Shown here: piece after piece, positions 9,187 to 18,262 of the stretch
How the letters are laid out: the number at the start of each line of letters is the position of its first letter
Numbering within the stretch: position 1 is the stretch's first letter
Sequence record: SRR20825015_191
Reading direction: 5' to 3' (one strand)
DNA: 64,000 bases
Made by a program: the position numbers and the translations under genes
The notes under the pieces: model-generated
Told to the model about the DNA's origin: nothing
Database searches by the model: none
The model's input: the letters and a program-made list of their open reading frames with translations, nothing else

Positions 9187-10219
9187 TCCTTTCAAAGGCC
9201 GCGTCGAAGGCCAGGTTGCTGGAAGGGAAGTCGACCTGACGCACGAAGGAGGCGGCTTCGGTGCCACCGTGCACACGGTCCATGCGGATATCTTCCCATT
9301 CAACGGAGAGCGGACCGGCGTAGCCGACATCGTTGAGGGCGACAATGATCTCCTCGAAGTTGATGTCGCCGTGACCGAGGGAACGGAAATCCCAGGCGCG
9401 TCGGGCATCACCGAAATCGGTGTGACCGCCAAAGACACCGACGGAACCGTCACCGTGCCCCCACCAGACATCCTTCATGTGCACGTGGTAAATGCGGTCG
9501 GCGAACTCGCGGATGAATTTCACGTAGTCGACTCCCTGATACCCGAGATGGGAAGGATCGTAATTGAAGCCGAATCGTTTGTGTCCCTTCACGGCGTCGA
9601 TCGCGCGTTTGGAAGTGGCGATATCGAAGGCGATTTCGGTGGGATGCACTTCGAGACCGAAGTTCACGTTTACCTTGTCGAAAGCTTCGAGGATGGGGCC
9701 GAAGCGTTTGCCGAAATCGGCGAAGCCCTTATCCCAATAGTCCTGTGAGGTCGGCGGGAAAGCGTAGATCGAATGCCAGATGGAGGAACCGGTGAAGCCG
9801 TTGACGACGGCGGGGAAGTCGTCGCGATTTTTTCGTCCGGGTTTGGCGTCGAAGAATTTCCGCGCGGCCTTGCCGGTGGTGATCATTTTCTTCGCGGCGC
9901 GTTTGCGCACGCCTTCCGGATCGCCCTTGCCCCAGACGTCGGGGGGAAGGATGCCCTGATGGCGCTCGTCGATGTTGTCGCAGATTGCCTGGCCGACGAG
10001 GTGGCTGGAAATCGCGTAGCACGTGAGACCGTGATCGGCGAGGAGCGCCCATTTGTCGTTGAGGTATTTCTTGGATTTGACGGCTTGATCGACATCGAAG
10101 TGATCGCCCCAGCAGGCGAGTTCGACGCCATCATAGCCCATCTCTTTAACGAGCGGCGCGAGCTCTTCGAGGGAGAGATCGGCCCATTGGCCGGTGAAGA
10201 GGGTAACAGGTCTTGGCAT
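9182..10219 (-). CDS. Sugar phosphate isomerase/epimerase (xylose isomerase-like TIM barrel)
   Basis: [47 protein letters not shown]. Confidence 0.92.
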   Translation of the reverse strand: MPRPVTLFTGQWADLSLEELAPLVKEMGYDGVELACWGDHFDVDQAVKSKKYLNDKWALLADHGLTCYAISSHLVGQAICDNIDERHQGILPPDVWGKGDPEGVRKRAAKKMITTGKAARKFFDAKPGRKNRDDFPAVVNGFTGSSIWHSIYAFPPTSQDYWDKGFADFGKRFGPILEAFDKVNVNFGLEVHPTEIAFDIATSKRAIDAVKGHKRFGFNYDPSHLGYQGVDYVKFIREFADRIYHVHMKDVWWGHGDGSVGVFGGHTDFGDARRAWDFRSLGHGDINFEEIIVALNDVGYAGPLSVEWEDIRMDRVHGGTEAASFVRQVDFPSSNLAFDAAFERK

Positions 10220-10516
10220 ATAAAAACGGGGTTGAGGTCTAATCCGTCGAAACGGGGATTTACTGTTTCTTGAGGAATCGCGGTGGGTCGCAAGAGCTTT
10301 GTGCGGGATGACGTGATTCCACCTGCAACAATCCCTCCGGAGGCGGTGAAACTGAATGGGGCACAAAGAACACAGAGTTCCGATCCAGAGAGCACAGAGT
10401 CTTTTAATCTACCTCGCTTTCCTCGGCTCCGTCTGTGGTTACTCTGCAAAGACAAACTGGTTGATGACTACATTCTGCGCTTCGCAGGACGTGCCGAAAC
10501 TGTCATGATTTTGGGT

Positions 10517-11311
10517 ATGAATCGTTGTTTTTCGACCTTGGGTTGTGCGGAGATGGAATTGGATGAGGTGATCGGCTTGGCGCGTCGGCGCGGGATTGGG
10601 ATGATTGAATTGCGGGCGCTCGCCGATACGGTGGATCTGCCAACCTATTTTACCCAGCGTTTTGGCACGCCCGAGAAATTGGCGGCGCATGTGTCAGCGT
10701 CCGGTGCTCGGATCGTGGCGCTGGACACTTCGCTGAGTTTGAACGGTTCGACTGATGAAGATTGGCAACGCGATACCGAAGCGTTTTTGCCTTGGGCGGA
10801 AGCGTTGGGTGGTGTGAACCTGCGGGTCTTCGATGGTGGCGAATCGAATGATGCGGCCGCCATTGCGACGATGGCGGCACGTGTGAATTGGTGGCAGACT
10901 CTCCGCACCGAACGCGGTTGGCAGAGTGATCTAATGATTGAGACGCACGACAGTCTGTTTACCGCCGAGGCCAATCTGGCCTTGCTCGCGGCAGCCCCCG
11001 CGGCGCGGATTTTATGGGATTCGCATCACACCTGGAAACGCGGCGGTGAGGATCCGGTGACCACTTGGCGCGCGCTGGAAAAACACATCGTGCATGTGCA
11101 TGTGAAGGATAGTGTGAGTGAGCCCTCCGAGAAGCATCCCTTCACCTACGTGGCGCCGGGCGAAGGCGAGTTTCCGGCGGCTCCGCTGATGGAGTTGTTA
11201 CGCGCTGATTTTTCCGGACCGGTGAGTCTCGAATGGGAAAAACTCTGGCACCCCTATCTCGCGCCTCTTGATGATGCGCTGGCCACGGCCAATGAACGAA
11301 AGTGGTGGTGA
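10517..11311 (+). CDS. Sugar phosphate isomerase/epimerase (TIM barrel)
   Basis: FSTLGC, IELR, IETHD, WDSHH, HVHVKD, SLEWEKLWHP; start placed at ATG 10517. Confidence 0.85.
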   Translation: MNRCFSTLGCAEMELDEVIGLARRRGIGMIELRALADTVDLPTYFTQRFGTPEKLAAHVSASGARIVALDTSLSLNGSTDEDWQRDTEAFLPWAEALGGVNLRVFDGGESNDAAAIATMAARVNWWQTLRTERGWQSDLMIETHDSLFTAEANLALLAAAPAARILWDSHHTWKRGGEDPVTTWRALEKHIVHVHVKDSVSEPSEKHPFTYVAPGEGEFPAAPLMELLRADFSGPVSLEWEKLWHPYLAPLDDALATANERKWW

Positions 11312-11334
11312 TTGGTAATCAGAGAGTTAGCATA

Positions 11335-11361
11335 AAAGTGTAACCTATTAGGTTACACTTT
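11335..11361. repeat. Perfect 27-bp palindrome
   Basis: AAAGTGTAACCTA-T-TAGGTTACACTTT. Confidence 0.9.
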
Positions 11362-11372
11362 GGCAGGGGCTT

Positions 11373-11478
11373 GTCATTGCGGTAAATTCGCAAAGCTGAT
11401 AACGCGGCAATCCGCGCGTGGCTAAATGTGATCGACATTGTTGTGGGTGGATCACGTTGCTGCGCTCCTCGTGATGAC
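11373..11478. repeat. GTCATTGCG...CTCGCAATGAC-type palindromic element (degenerate)
   Basis: GTCATTGCG...GCGGCAATCC...GGATCACG...CTCCTCGTGATGAC; related copies at 12577-12684 and about 18194-18256. Confidence 0.65.
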
Positions 11479-11483
11479 GGAAA

Positions 11484-11507
11484 AGCGGGTCAGAGACCCA
11501 CCTCTAC
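11484..11507 (-). repeat. Dispersed copy of the RAYT-flanking REP
   Basis: Reverse complement GTAGAGGTGGGTCTCTGACCCGCT. Confidence 0.75.
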
Positions 11508-11532
11508 TATCTACAAGTTGGCCGTCGCCTAT

Positions 11533-12522
11533 TTAAATAATCCGTGTTTCCGCGTTCCAGAGATCGGCGTTGGGGCCGAGGGCGGCTTTTAATTCGGAGG
11601 TGGCCTCGTCGAGCGCGGTGAGGGTGGCGTCGTCAAGTTTGAGGTTTTCGGCTTTCACGTTGGCGGCGACTTGCTCGGGCGTGCGGGCACCGAAGATGAC
11701 GGAACTGACCTGGCGTTGATGAAGGAGCCACGCGAGGGAGAGATCGGCCATCGATTCACCGAGGTCGTCGGCGATTTTTCGGATGCGATCAAGTGTCGCA
11801 AAGGTGAGCGCTTCATTGCCGGTCCCGCCGTGGCGGCTCATTTCCGAATCGTTGGAGAAGTGGCGGGTGCGACGGCGTGACTCCGGAACTTCGCTGGCGT
11901 TGGCAAAACGTCCGGTGAGGAGGCCTTGTTGGATCGGGCTATAGCAGAGAATGCCCATATCGTGCGTCGCGCAGGCGTCGGTGATTTCAAACTCGATGGC
12001 GCGCGCGAGGAGATTGTAGGCAAGCTGATTGGTGATCCAACCGGTGCCATCTTCGTAAAGATCGTTGAGGGATTTTGGTCCGAAATTGCAGACGCCGAGC
12101 GTGAGCGCTTTACCGTCGTCGCGAAGTTTTTCCATAGCGGCGACCACTTCGTCGAGCACGGTATCTTCCCTGCGCCAGTGAATTTGGAGCAGATCAACGT
12201 GATCGGTCTGGAGTCGCTGGAGTCCTTGTTCGCAACAGGTGATGGTGGATTCGTAGTTCAGGGGCGCGGCACTGACTTTGTTGGCGATCAGCACTTGGTC
12301 GCGTCGGTCTTTGACCGCGCGTCCGACAATCTCTTCGGAGAGGCCGCCACCGTAGCCGGGAGCGGTGTCGATCATGGTCACACCGGCATCGATGGCGGCG
12401 TGAATCGTTTCGATGGATTGCTGCTCATCCTGATCGCCCCACATGGCACCGCCGGCGAAGGCCCAGGCACCGAGGGAAAATTTGGAAATGGGAAGCGGAA
12501 GGTCGGATAAACGTGGATTCAT
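11533..12522 (-). CDS. Aldo/keto reductase
   Basis: LGAW, IDTAPGYG.G.SEE.VG, LLQIHW, GVCNF, YSPIQQGLLTG. Confidence 0.95.
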   Translation of the reverse strand: MNPRLSDLPLPISKFSLGAWAFAGGAMWGDQDEQQSIETIHAAIDAGVTMIDTAPGYGGGLSEEIVGRAVKDRRDQVLIANKVSAAPLNYESTITCCEQGLQRLQTDHVDLLQIHWRREDTVLDEVVAAMEKLRDDGKALTLGVCNFGPKSLNDLYEDGTGWITNQLAYNLLARAIEFEITDACATHDMGILCYSPIQQGLLTGRFANASEVPESRRRTRHFSNDSEMSRHGGTGNEALTFATLDRIRKIADDLGESMADLSLAWLLHQRQVSSVIFGARTPEQVAANVKAENLKLDDATLTALDEATSELKAALGPNADLWNAETRII

Positions 12523-12576
12523 CAGAGCCTACTTTACTATGGGATGATCATGATTGCAAAGGACTAGACGCAGCAA

Positions 12577-12684
12577 GTCATCGTAAGCCTGCCTGGAACG
12601 GCATGGCATTCCACGAGCAATGAATGGCGTATACGATAAGCAATCGTGGATTGCCGCAGTCGACAATGTCTCCCTCGCAATGAC
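12577..12684. repeat. GTCAT...CTCGCAATGAC-type palindromic element
   Basis: GTCATCG...GGCATTCC...GGATTGCCGC...CCTCGCAATGAC. Confidence 0.6.
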
Positions 12685-12778
12685 AAATCAGAGGACGGCG
12701 AACCAAGTTAATCGTCCAATCTCCATGAGCCAGAACGGTTTGGTTTGTCCTCTCGCCATGACTGGCCTTGAGGAATCT

Positions 12779-13783
12779 TTAAGTTGATTGGTCGAGGACC
12801 GCTGGTGTGATCAATGCCGTGAGAGGTTGATCATCACGATAGGCTTGAAGGTTTTTCACGGCTAGGCGACCTGCATCGATGTAGCGATCGAGAGTGGGAC
12901 CGGCGATGTGCGGAGTGAGGCTGGCATTGCGCAGTCCGCGCCACGGGCTGTCTTCGGCCATTGGCTCTTGCACAAAAACATCGAGACCGACCTGGAGGCT
13001 GCCTTCGCTGGCGACGCGCAGGAGGGCTGCTTCATCGGTGATGCCGGCGCGGGCGACATTGACGAAGACTCCTCCGGGACGAATCGAACGCAGGTGTTTT
13101 TCAGTCACACTGCCGGTGGTCACCGGATTGAGCGGGGCGAGCTCGATGATGATGTCGTTGGCCGCGAAAAGAGATTCCAGTGATTCGGCGGGAGTGGCGC
13201 CGGTTTGCGCGGATTGAGTGGAATCGAAATCGGGGGCGAGGATCGAGATTTCACAATCGAAGGGTTGGATGAGCTTCAAAAATTCCCGGGCAACGGCACC
13301 ATAACCGTGAATGCCGACTTTACGTTCGAAGAGTGATTCGACCTGATCGAAACCGTCGCGCCAGCCTTTTTCGTGATGGATGGTGTGGGTCCAGTGTGTC
13401 GAACGGCGGAGGCAGGCAAGAGTGTGAAAGAGGGCGCATTCGGCGACGGTGCGGCTGATGGCGGAACCCCAGTTGGTGACGAGCAGCCCGTCCTCAAGTT
13501 GGGGACGGGTGACGAGGCGTTGGACCGAACCCGTGAGGTAACACAGGTAGCGCAGATTCGCAGGGAGCGGATCGGGAAGTGCCTGCGTTTGCCAACAACC
13601 CAACAGCACTTCGGGATTCGTGGAGACGACCTCGGCGGCGAATGCCTCGGGACTCATCCCGGTAGGATCGAGCGATCGGAAATCGTCGGAGAGGGATTGG
13701 ATTTCTGTAAAGAGAGGGTCGGGGAGAAATTTTTCCTTCTCACGCGAGGTGAGAACGGCGAGCAGTGATGAAATACGTGGCAT
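12779..13783 (-). CDS. D-2-hydroxyacid dehydrogenase family protein
   Basis: GIHGYGAV, FVNVARAG, GLDVFVQEP, TPHIAG; start placed at ATG 13783. Confidence 0.9.
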   Translation of the reverse strand: MPRISSLLAVLTSREKEKFLPDPLFTEIQSLSDDFRSLDPTGMSPEAFAAEVVSTNPEVLLGCWQTQALPDPLPANLRYLCYLTGSVQRLVTRPQLEDGLLVTNWGSAISRTVAECALFHTLACLRRSTHWTHTIHHEKGWRDGFDQVESLFERKVGIHGYGAVAREFLKLIQPFDCEISILAPDFDSTQSAQTGATPAESLESLFAANDIIIELAPLNPVTTGSVTEKHLRSIRPGGVFVNVARAGITDEAALLRVASEGSLQVGLDVFVQEPMAEDSPWRGLRNASLTPHIAGPTLDRYIDAGRLAVKNLQAYRDDQPLTALITPAVLDQST

Positions 13784-13790
13784 GTTGAGA

Positions 13791-15158
13791 TTACTGGTAG
13801 AGCCAAAATTGTCTCGATTGCTGTTGGTATACTCGAGCTTTGGCCTCCCAGTCTTGAAGGAATCCGGCGACGTTGACGCGGGCCCCGTCGCGTTTGAGTG
13901 CCTCAAAAAAGGCGGTCGATCCCATATGGATGAGAAAGCCCCGTTCCTGAGAAGAAGTCGCGGCGGCAAAGGGATTCTGGCCGTCGTATTGGCAGGCGAG
14001 CTGCATGAGGTGGAAGTTGAGCTCGGTTGGCCGCCACGCGCCAAAGTCGGTGATTTCGGCATAGAGCCCGGTGGCAGGTTTGCCATTGGCACCGGGCACG
14101 TTGACGACGCGGAAGTTGAGACCGGGCATTTGCCGCGCATTCAGAATCCTGGCGAGGGCCGCGCTGCGAATCTTGGGATGGGCAATCCCGCGGAACGCAT
14201 AATGAGCTCCGATGCCGTGGCTGAATTTTCCGAGGTAGGTGCCGAGTCCGGTCATCGGGTATCCGACGACCGCACCGAAGTCCTGAATGTATTGAGAAGT
14301 GGGGACCCATTTCAGTCCGGTTTCGGGCCAGCGCATCGAGCGATTCCATCCCTGCATCGGAATGACCGTGAGTCTGCCGCGCAGTCGATCCGACTCGGAG
14401 ATGTCGAGCGCGTTGGGCACTTGCATCACCCCGGGGGCTTCCTTGGCCATGCGCGCGAGTTCGCCGATGGTGAGACCGTGCACGTAGGGAACTCGAAATG
14501 CGCCGACATAGCTTTTCCACTGGGGATCGAGCGGAGGTCCGTCCACCTTCAAGCCGCCGAGCGGATTGGGCCGATCCAGCACGATGACTTCGACGTCATT
14601 TTCGAAACAGGCGCCCATCGTGTAGAGCATGCAGCTTACAAAGGTGTAGCTCCGGGTGCCGATGTCCTGCAGATCGATGACCATCGCATCGAGCCCTTTG
14701 AGCATTTCCTTGGTCGGCTTCCGGTATTTTCCGTGGAGCGAATAAACGGGCAACCCTGTGCGTTGATCGATGGAGTCATCGATATCGATAGCGGCTTTCA
14801 CGTTGCCATAAATGCCGTGTTCAGGACCGAACAGAGCGACGAGGTTCACCCCCGGCGCGTTGCGCAATGTATCAATCGTGCTGACGCCGTTGCGATTCAC
14901 GCCGGCCGGATGGGTGAGGAGGCCGATTCGCTTGCCGCGCACGGCGTTAAAGTTGCGCGAGGCGAGAACATCAACGCCGAGCATGATGGGGTAGATCGGC
15001 GCGACGGAAATCACCGGAGCAGGGCTGGTGGCCGTGCTCTCCGGACGTTGGGGAGTGGCGCGTGTGGCCTGACTGGAACTGCACCCGAGCAGACCGATCA
15101 AGGTGATCGCGAGAGTGAGCAGGCCGTTGAGGGGTAGGAGTCGCTGTGTTCCGAGCAT
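13791..15158 (-). CDS. Exo-beta-N-acetylmuramidase NamZ-like lipoprotein (DUF1343/YbbC)
   Basis: LFGPEHG, DLQDIGTRSYT, VLDRPNPLGG, HGLTIGELA; lipobox LLGC. Confidence 0.88.
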   Translation of the reverse strand: MLGTQRLLPLNGLLTLAITLIGLLGCSSSQATRATPQRPESTATSPAPVISVAPIYPIMLGVDVLASRNFNAVRGKRIGLLTHPAGVNRNGVSTIDTLRNAPGVNLVALFGPEHGIYGNVKAAIDIDDSIDQRTGLPVYSLHGKYRKPTKEMLKGLDAMVIDLQDIGTRSYTFVSCMLYTMGACFENDVEVIVLDRPNPLGGLKVDGPPLDPQWKSYVGAFRVPYVHGLTIGELARMAKEAPGVMQVPNALDISESDRLRGRLTVIPMQGWNRSMRWPETGLKWVPTSQYIQDFGAVVGYPMTGLGTYLGKFSHGIGAHYAFRGIAHPKIRSAALARILNARQMPGLNFRVVNVPGANGKPATGLYAEITDFGAWRPTELNFHLMQLACQYDGQNPFAAATSSQERGFLIHMGSTAFFEALKRDGARVNVAGFLQDWEAKARVYQQQSRQFWLYQ

Positions 15159-15166
15159 GAGCGGGG

Positions 15167-15835
15167 TTACTTTGGGGGGCCGGTCGGCTCCGTCGAGCGG
15201 GAACCTCGCTTTAAGTGTAAATGGATGGGGCCGATCCGAGCGGCCAGAACACGCCATAGAAAATCAAGCAGAGCCCCGAGCAGGGTGCCGATGATCGCTC
15301 CTCCGATGACGAGCGCGTTGATGGCCGTGCCGATCCGCCGACTCCAATGGACTTCCTTTTCTATTTCTCCGGGAGGATCGATCGGTTCGAGATCGGGACC
15401 AATCAAGCTGACGGTGGAGGGATCGATGGCATCTTCGACCTCGACGCCACTGCCGAAACCGGACCATTCGATCACCTGCGAGCCGAGGTGATGGGTTGCG
15501 TAATAAATCGGGGCGGCGGTGACGGGATTGGTGATGAATTGAAGTCCACCGAGAATCATGAAGTTGGCCCGAAACAACAACGCGAGCAGGAAGGCCGCCG
15601 GAAGTTGCACTCCCAGCACCGGCATGACAGCAAGAATGGATCCGGAATAAAACGCCGGTCGCAGGTGTTGGATTTTAAAGGACCATAAATAGGCGCGTTT
15701 GCGGGCTACTTCTGCAAAACGTCCGACGATGGGGTAGCGATGAAACGCCGTGCGCCGAGGCAAAAAACGCAGCACCTTCTTCCACAAACGAAAACGTTCG
15801 TGGCGATCCTTTCTCGCATGCTCCTCGGGTGCCAT
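15167..15835 (-). CDS. DUF2062 membrane protein
   Basis: P..G.Q, RAN, FITNPVTAAPIY motifs. Confidence 0.8.
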   Translation of the reverse strand: MAPEEHARKDRHERFRLWKKVLRFLPRRTAFHRYPIVGRFAEVARKRAYLWSFKIQHLRPAFYSGSILAVMPVLGVQLPAAFLLALLFRANFMILGGLQFITNPVTAAPIYYATHHLGSQVIEWSGFGSGVEVEDAIDPSTVSLIGPDLEPIDPPGEIEKEVHWSRRIGTAINALVIGGAIIGTLLGALLDFLWRVLAARIGPIHLHLKRGSRSTEPTGPPK

Positions 15836-15838
15836 GAA

Positions 15839-16999
15839 TCAGAATGTATCCGCAATCGCAGTGGTCAGCAACCGTGAAGCATTCCGAAAGGCTTCCGGTA
15901 GTGGCATCGATGCAGGAGTGATCGAGTGGAGATGCAGATTTTCGGGAAGTGTGGTCAGCGCTACCTGGCCGGCAAAGACGTGCACGGTTTTGTTCAACTC
16001 TAGCGCGTGCATAGCGAGAGCGCCGGGTCCTTTGCCGCTGAGGGAACTATCGTCGAAACGCCCTTCGCCGGTGATGATGAGATCGGTGTTCAGCAGATGT
16101 GATTCCACATCGAGCCACGCGGCGACGAAATCGGCTCCTGGAAGCAATCGCGCGTCGGCAGCGGTCATGAGTCCAAACGCGATCCCACCGGCTGCTCCGG
16201 CTCCGGGCGCTTCCATCGTATCGTGGGATTTGCCGTGGTGATCGCAGAGGAGCGCAGCGAGACGGGCGCTTTCGGCGTCGAGGCGCGCGAGATCGGCAGA
16301 GAGCAGGCCTTTTTGCGGACCATAGATCGCGGCGGCTCCATTTGAGCCGAGCAGCGGGTTATCCACATCGCAGGCGATGCGAATCGGCGGAAAGTCGGCC
16401 GGCAATTTTCCGCTCAGACTGGTGATGCGTTTCCACGTCGCGGGGGTCGGGGGAGAGATGGAGGTGGAGGAGTCGTCGCCGAAGTTGAGACCCATTGCAT
16501 TGAGCGCACCGAGCCCGAGATCGTTGGTCGCGCTGCCTCCCACGCCGAGAAGGATGGCCTTGGCTCCGAGCTCAACCGCACGCGTGATCAGCTCTCCGGT
16601 GCCGAATGAGGTGGTGTGCCACGGATCGCGTTGGCCCTGTTGGAGCAAGGCAAGTCCACTCGCGGTGGCCATTTCGATGAGCGCGACGCAGGCTGAATCT
16701 TCGAGGTGGGCAGGTAGATTGAGCAACTCACGGGCGGCTGCAGGGATGTTTCCCAAAGTGACGATCCCAAAGCTGGCCTCAACCGGAGTGCCTCGAGGTC
16801 CGGTTACTCTGTGTTGGTGAATCTGACCGTTACTCGCTTTGGTCAGGATGGCCGAAAATCCCTCCCCGCCATCAGTCAGCGGACAGGACGTGATCTCCCA
16901 ATCGGGTTGCTGGATGCGAAGGGCCGTGGAAGCGACTCCACACGCTTCAGGAGCGGTGAGTGAGTCTTTGAACTTATCAAAGGCGACGAGGACACGCAT
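15839..16999 (-). CDS. Glycerate kinase (class I, GlxK/GarK family)
   Basis: DKFKDSL, DGGEG, EMATASG, GGSATNDLG, GPQKG, GAGAAGG, TGEGRFD. Confidence 0.93.
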   Translation of the reverse strand: MRVLVAFDKFKDSLTAPEACGVASTALRIQQPDWEITSCPLTDGGEGFSAILTKASNGQIHQHRVTGPRGTPVEASFGIVTLGNIPAAARELLNLPAHLEDSACVALIEMATASGLALLQQGQRDPWHTTSFGTGELITRAVELGAKAILLGVGGSATNDLGLGALNAMGLNFGDDSSTSISPPTPATWKRITSLSGKLPADFPPIRIACDVDNPLLGSNGAAAIYGPQKGLLSADLARLDAESARLAALLCDHHGKSHDTMEAPGAGAAGGIAFGLMTAADARLLPGADFVAAWLDVESHLLNTDLIITGEGRFDDSSLSGKGPGALAMHALELNKTVHVFAGQVALTTLPENLHLHSITPASMPLPEAFRNASRLLTTAIADTF

Positions 17000-17061
17000 G
17001 GAATGATGACGAAATCAGCGTCAAAGAGCGTGGCGAGAATTTTGCACTGATTCGATGATTC

Positions 17062-18102
17062 TTATTTGTGAACCGCCGTGATCAGGCGATAAGCGTTCTC
17101 GCGTTGTTTCCCGGCGAAATCGTGGGCGGTTTCCGGATGTTCGATCCGGAGCCGGTCCGGTGGGCCCAGGAGTTTGAACACCGGGCGCGCGGCATCGGCG
17201 ATCCGGTCAACCGATTGCCATTGGAAATTATCGTCGTTGAGCGGTGCACTCACGTAAACCTTTCGGGGGGCGAGCGCGGCGATGAGTTCGTGGAAGTTGA
17301 AGGGGATCTCGTCGAGACGACCAGCGTAGTCGGAGAGCTGCGGCATATAGCGTGGCTGGCACCAGCCTTTCCCTTGATTCCAAATGTCGGGATTGCCGGG
17401 AGCGTAATCTTGAAAGGAATCGAATCCACAACTCGAAACGATCGCGGCGATCCGCGGTTCGAAAATAGAGGTGAAGATGGCATTGTGGCCGCCGAGAGAA
17501 TGACCGATGACACTGAATTTGTCCGGATTCACATAGGGTAATGATTCCAGCAGATCGAGCGCGCGGACATTATCCCAGATCGCTTTCATCGAACCGCTCT
17601 CATACCCGAGCCCTTTGAGGTCGGGTTTGTAATCGGAGAGATGCGGATAGAATGGCGCGATGGTCACGAAACCGCGACTGGCGAGCTCACTTGCATATTG
17701 ACGATCCTTCTTACCGCCGAGTCCGACAACGACTCCGGCACCGGTTTTGAAATCGGTGGGATGCAGGCAGAGGACGGCGGAAAAGGACTGATCGGTTTTG
17801 GTGAGCGCGGCCTTGGGAATGGAGAGGAAAGCGGGCGTGCGGCAGCCGGGCTCGGATTGATAGGTGATGCGACGAATCACGTAGGTATCGCGATCGATTT
17901 GTTCCTCAATCTTGATGTCGAAATCCACACACTTGGATGAATGGTGCCCTGGAAAGGCCCCCATGACGGATTCCATGTTGGCGACGATATCGGCGCGGCG
18001 AAGTTGCCAGTCGGCTTCGGTTTTGACCGGCAGGATCTCGCCATTGTCATTGCGATACAGGAGGAGCTTTTCACGTGGTAATCGAGCAGCGGATTCTGGC
18101 AT
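17062..18102 (-). CDS. Alpha/beta hydrolase (esterase-like)
   Basis: GHSLGG nucleophile elbow, ALAPR, C-terminal HDF; start uncertain. Confidence 0.85.
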   Translation of the reverse strand: MPESAARLPREKLLLYRNDNGEILPVKTEADWQLRRADIVANMESVMGAFPGHHSSKCVDFDIKIEEQIDRDTYVIRRITYQSEPGCRTPAFLSIPKAALTKTDQSFSAVLCLHPTDFKTGAGVVVGLGGKKDRQYASELASRGFVTIAPFYPHLSDYKPDLKGLGYESGSMKAIWDNVRALDLLESLPYVNPDKFSVIGHSLGGHNAIFTSIFEPRIAAIVSSCGFDSFQDYAPGNPDIWNQGKGWCQPRYMPQLSDYAGRLDEIPFNFHELIAALAPRKVYVSAPLNDDNFQWQSVDRIADAARPVFKLLGPPDRLRIEHPETAHDFAGKQRENAYRLITAVHK

Positions 18103-18193
18103 CGCACCAGTAACAAGAGTGTCGTGGGGAATCGCAAAAACAAAACAGGGCGATCCGATGATCGCCCTGTGGTAGAGTAGTGTGCGAAGGAAG

Positions 18194-18256
18194 GCGTGGC
18201 TATCGATTGAGCTGGATTGCCGCGTCGTCCCGCATGGCGGGACTCCTCGCAATGAC
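18194..18256. repeat. 3' part of a CTCGCAATGAC-type palindromic element
   Basis: GGATTGCCGCGTCGTCCCGCATGGCGGGACTCCTCGCAATGAC. Confidence 0.6.
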
Positions 18257-18262
18257 AATGTT

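Noticed and set aside
13620-15137. 505-aa plus-strand ORF
   Set aside because: Antisense to the NamZ-like gene; no recognisable domain.
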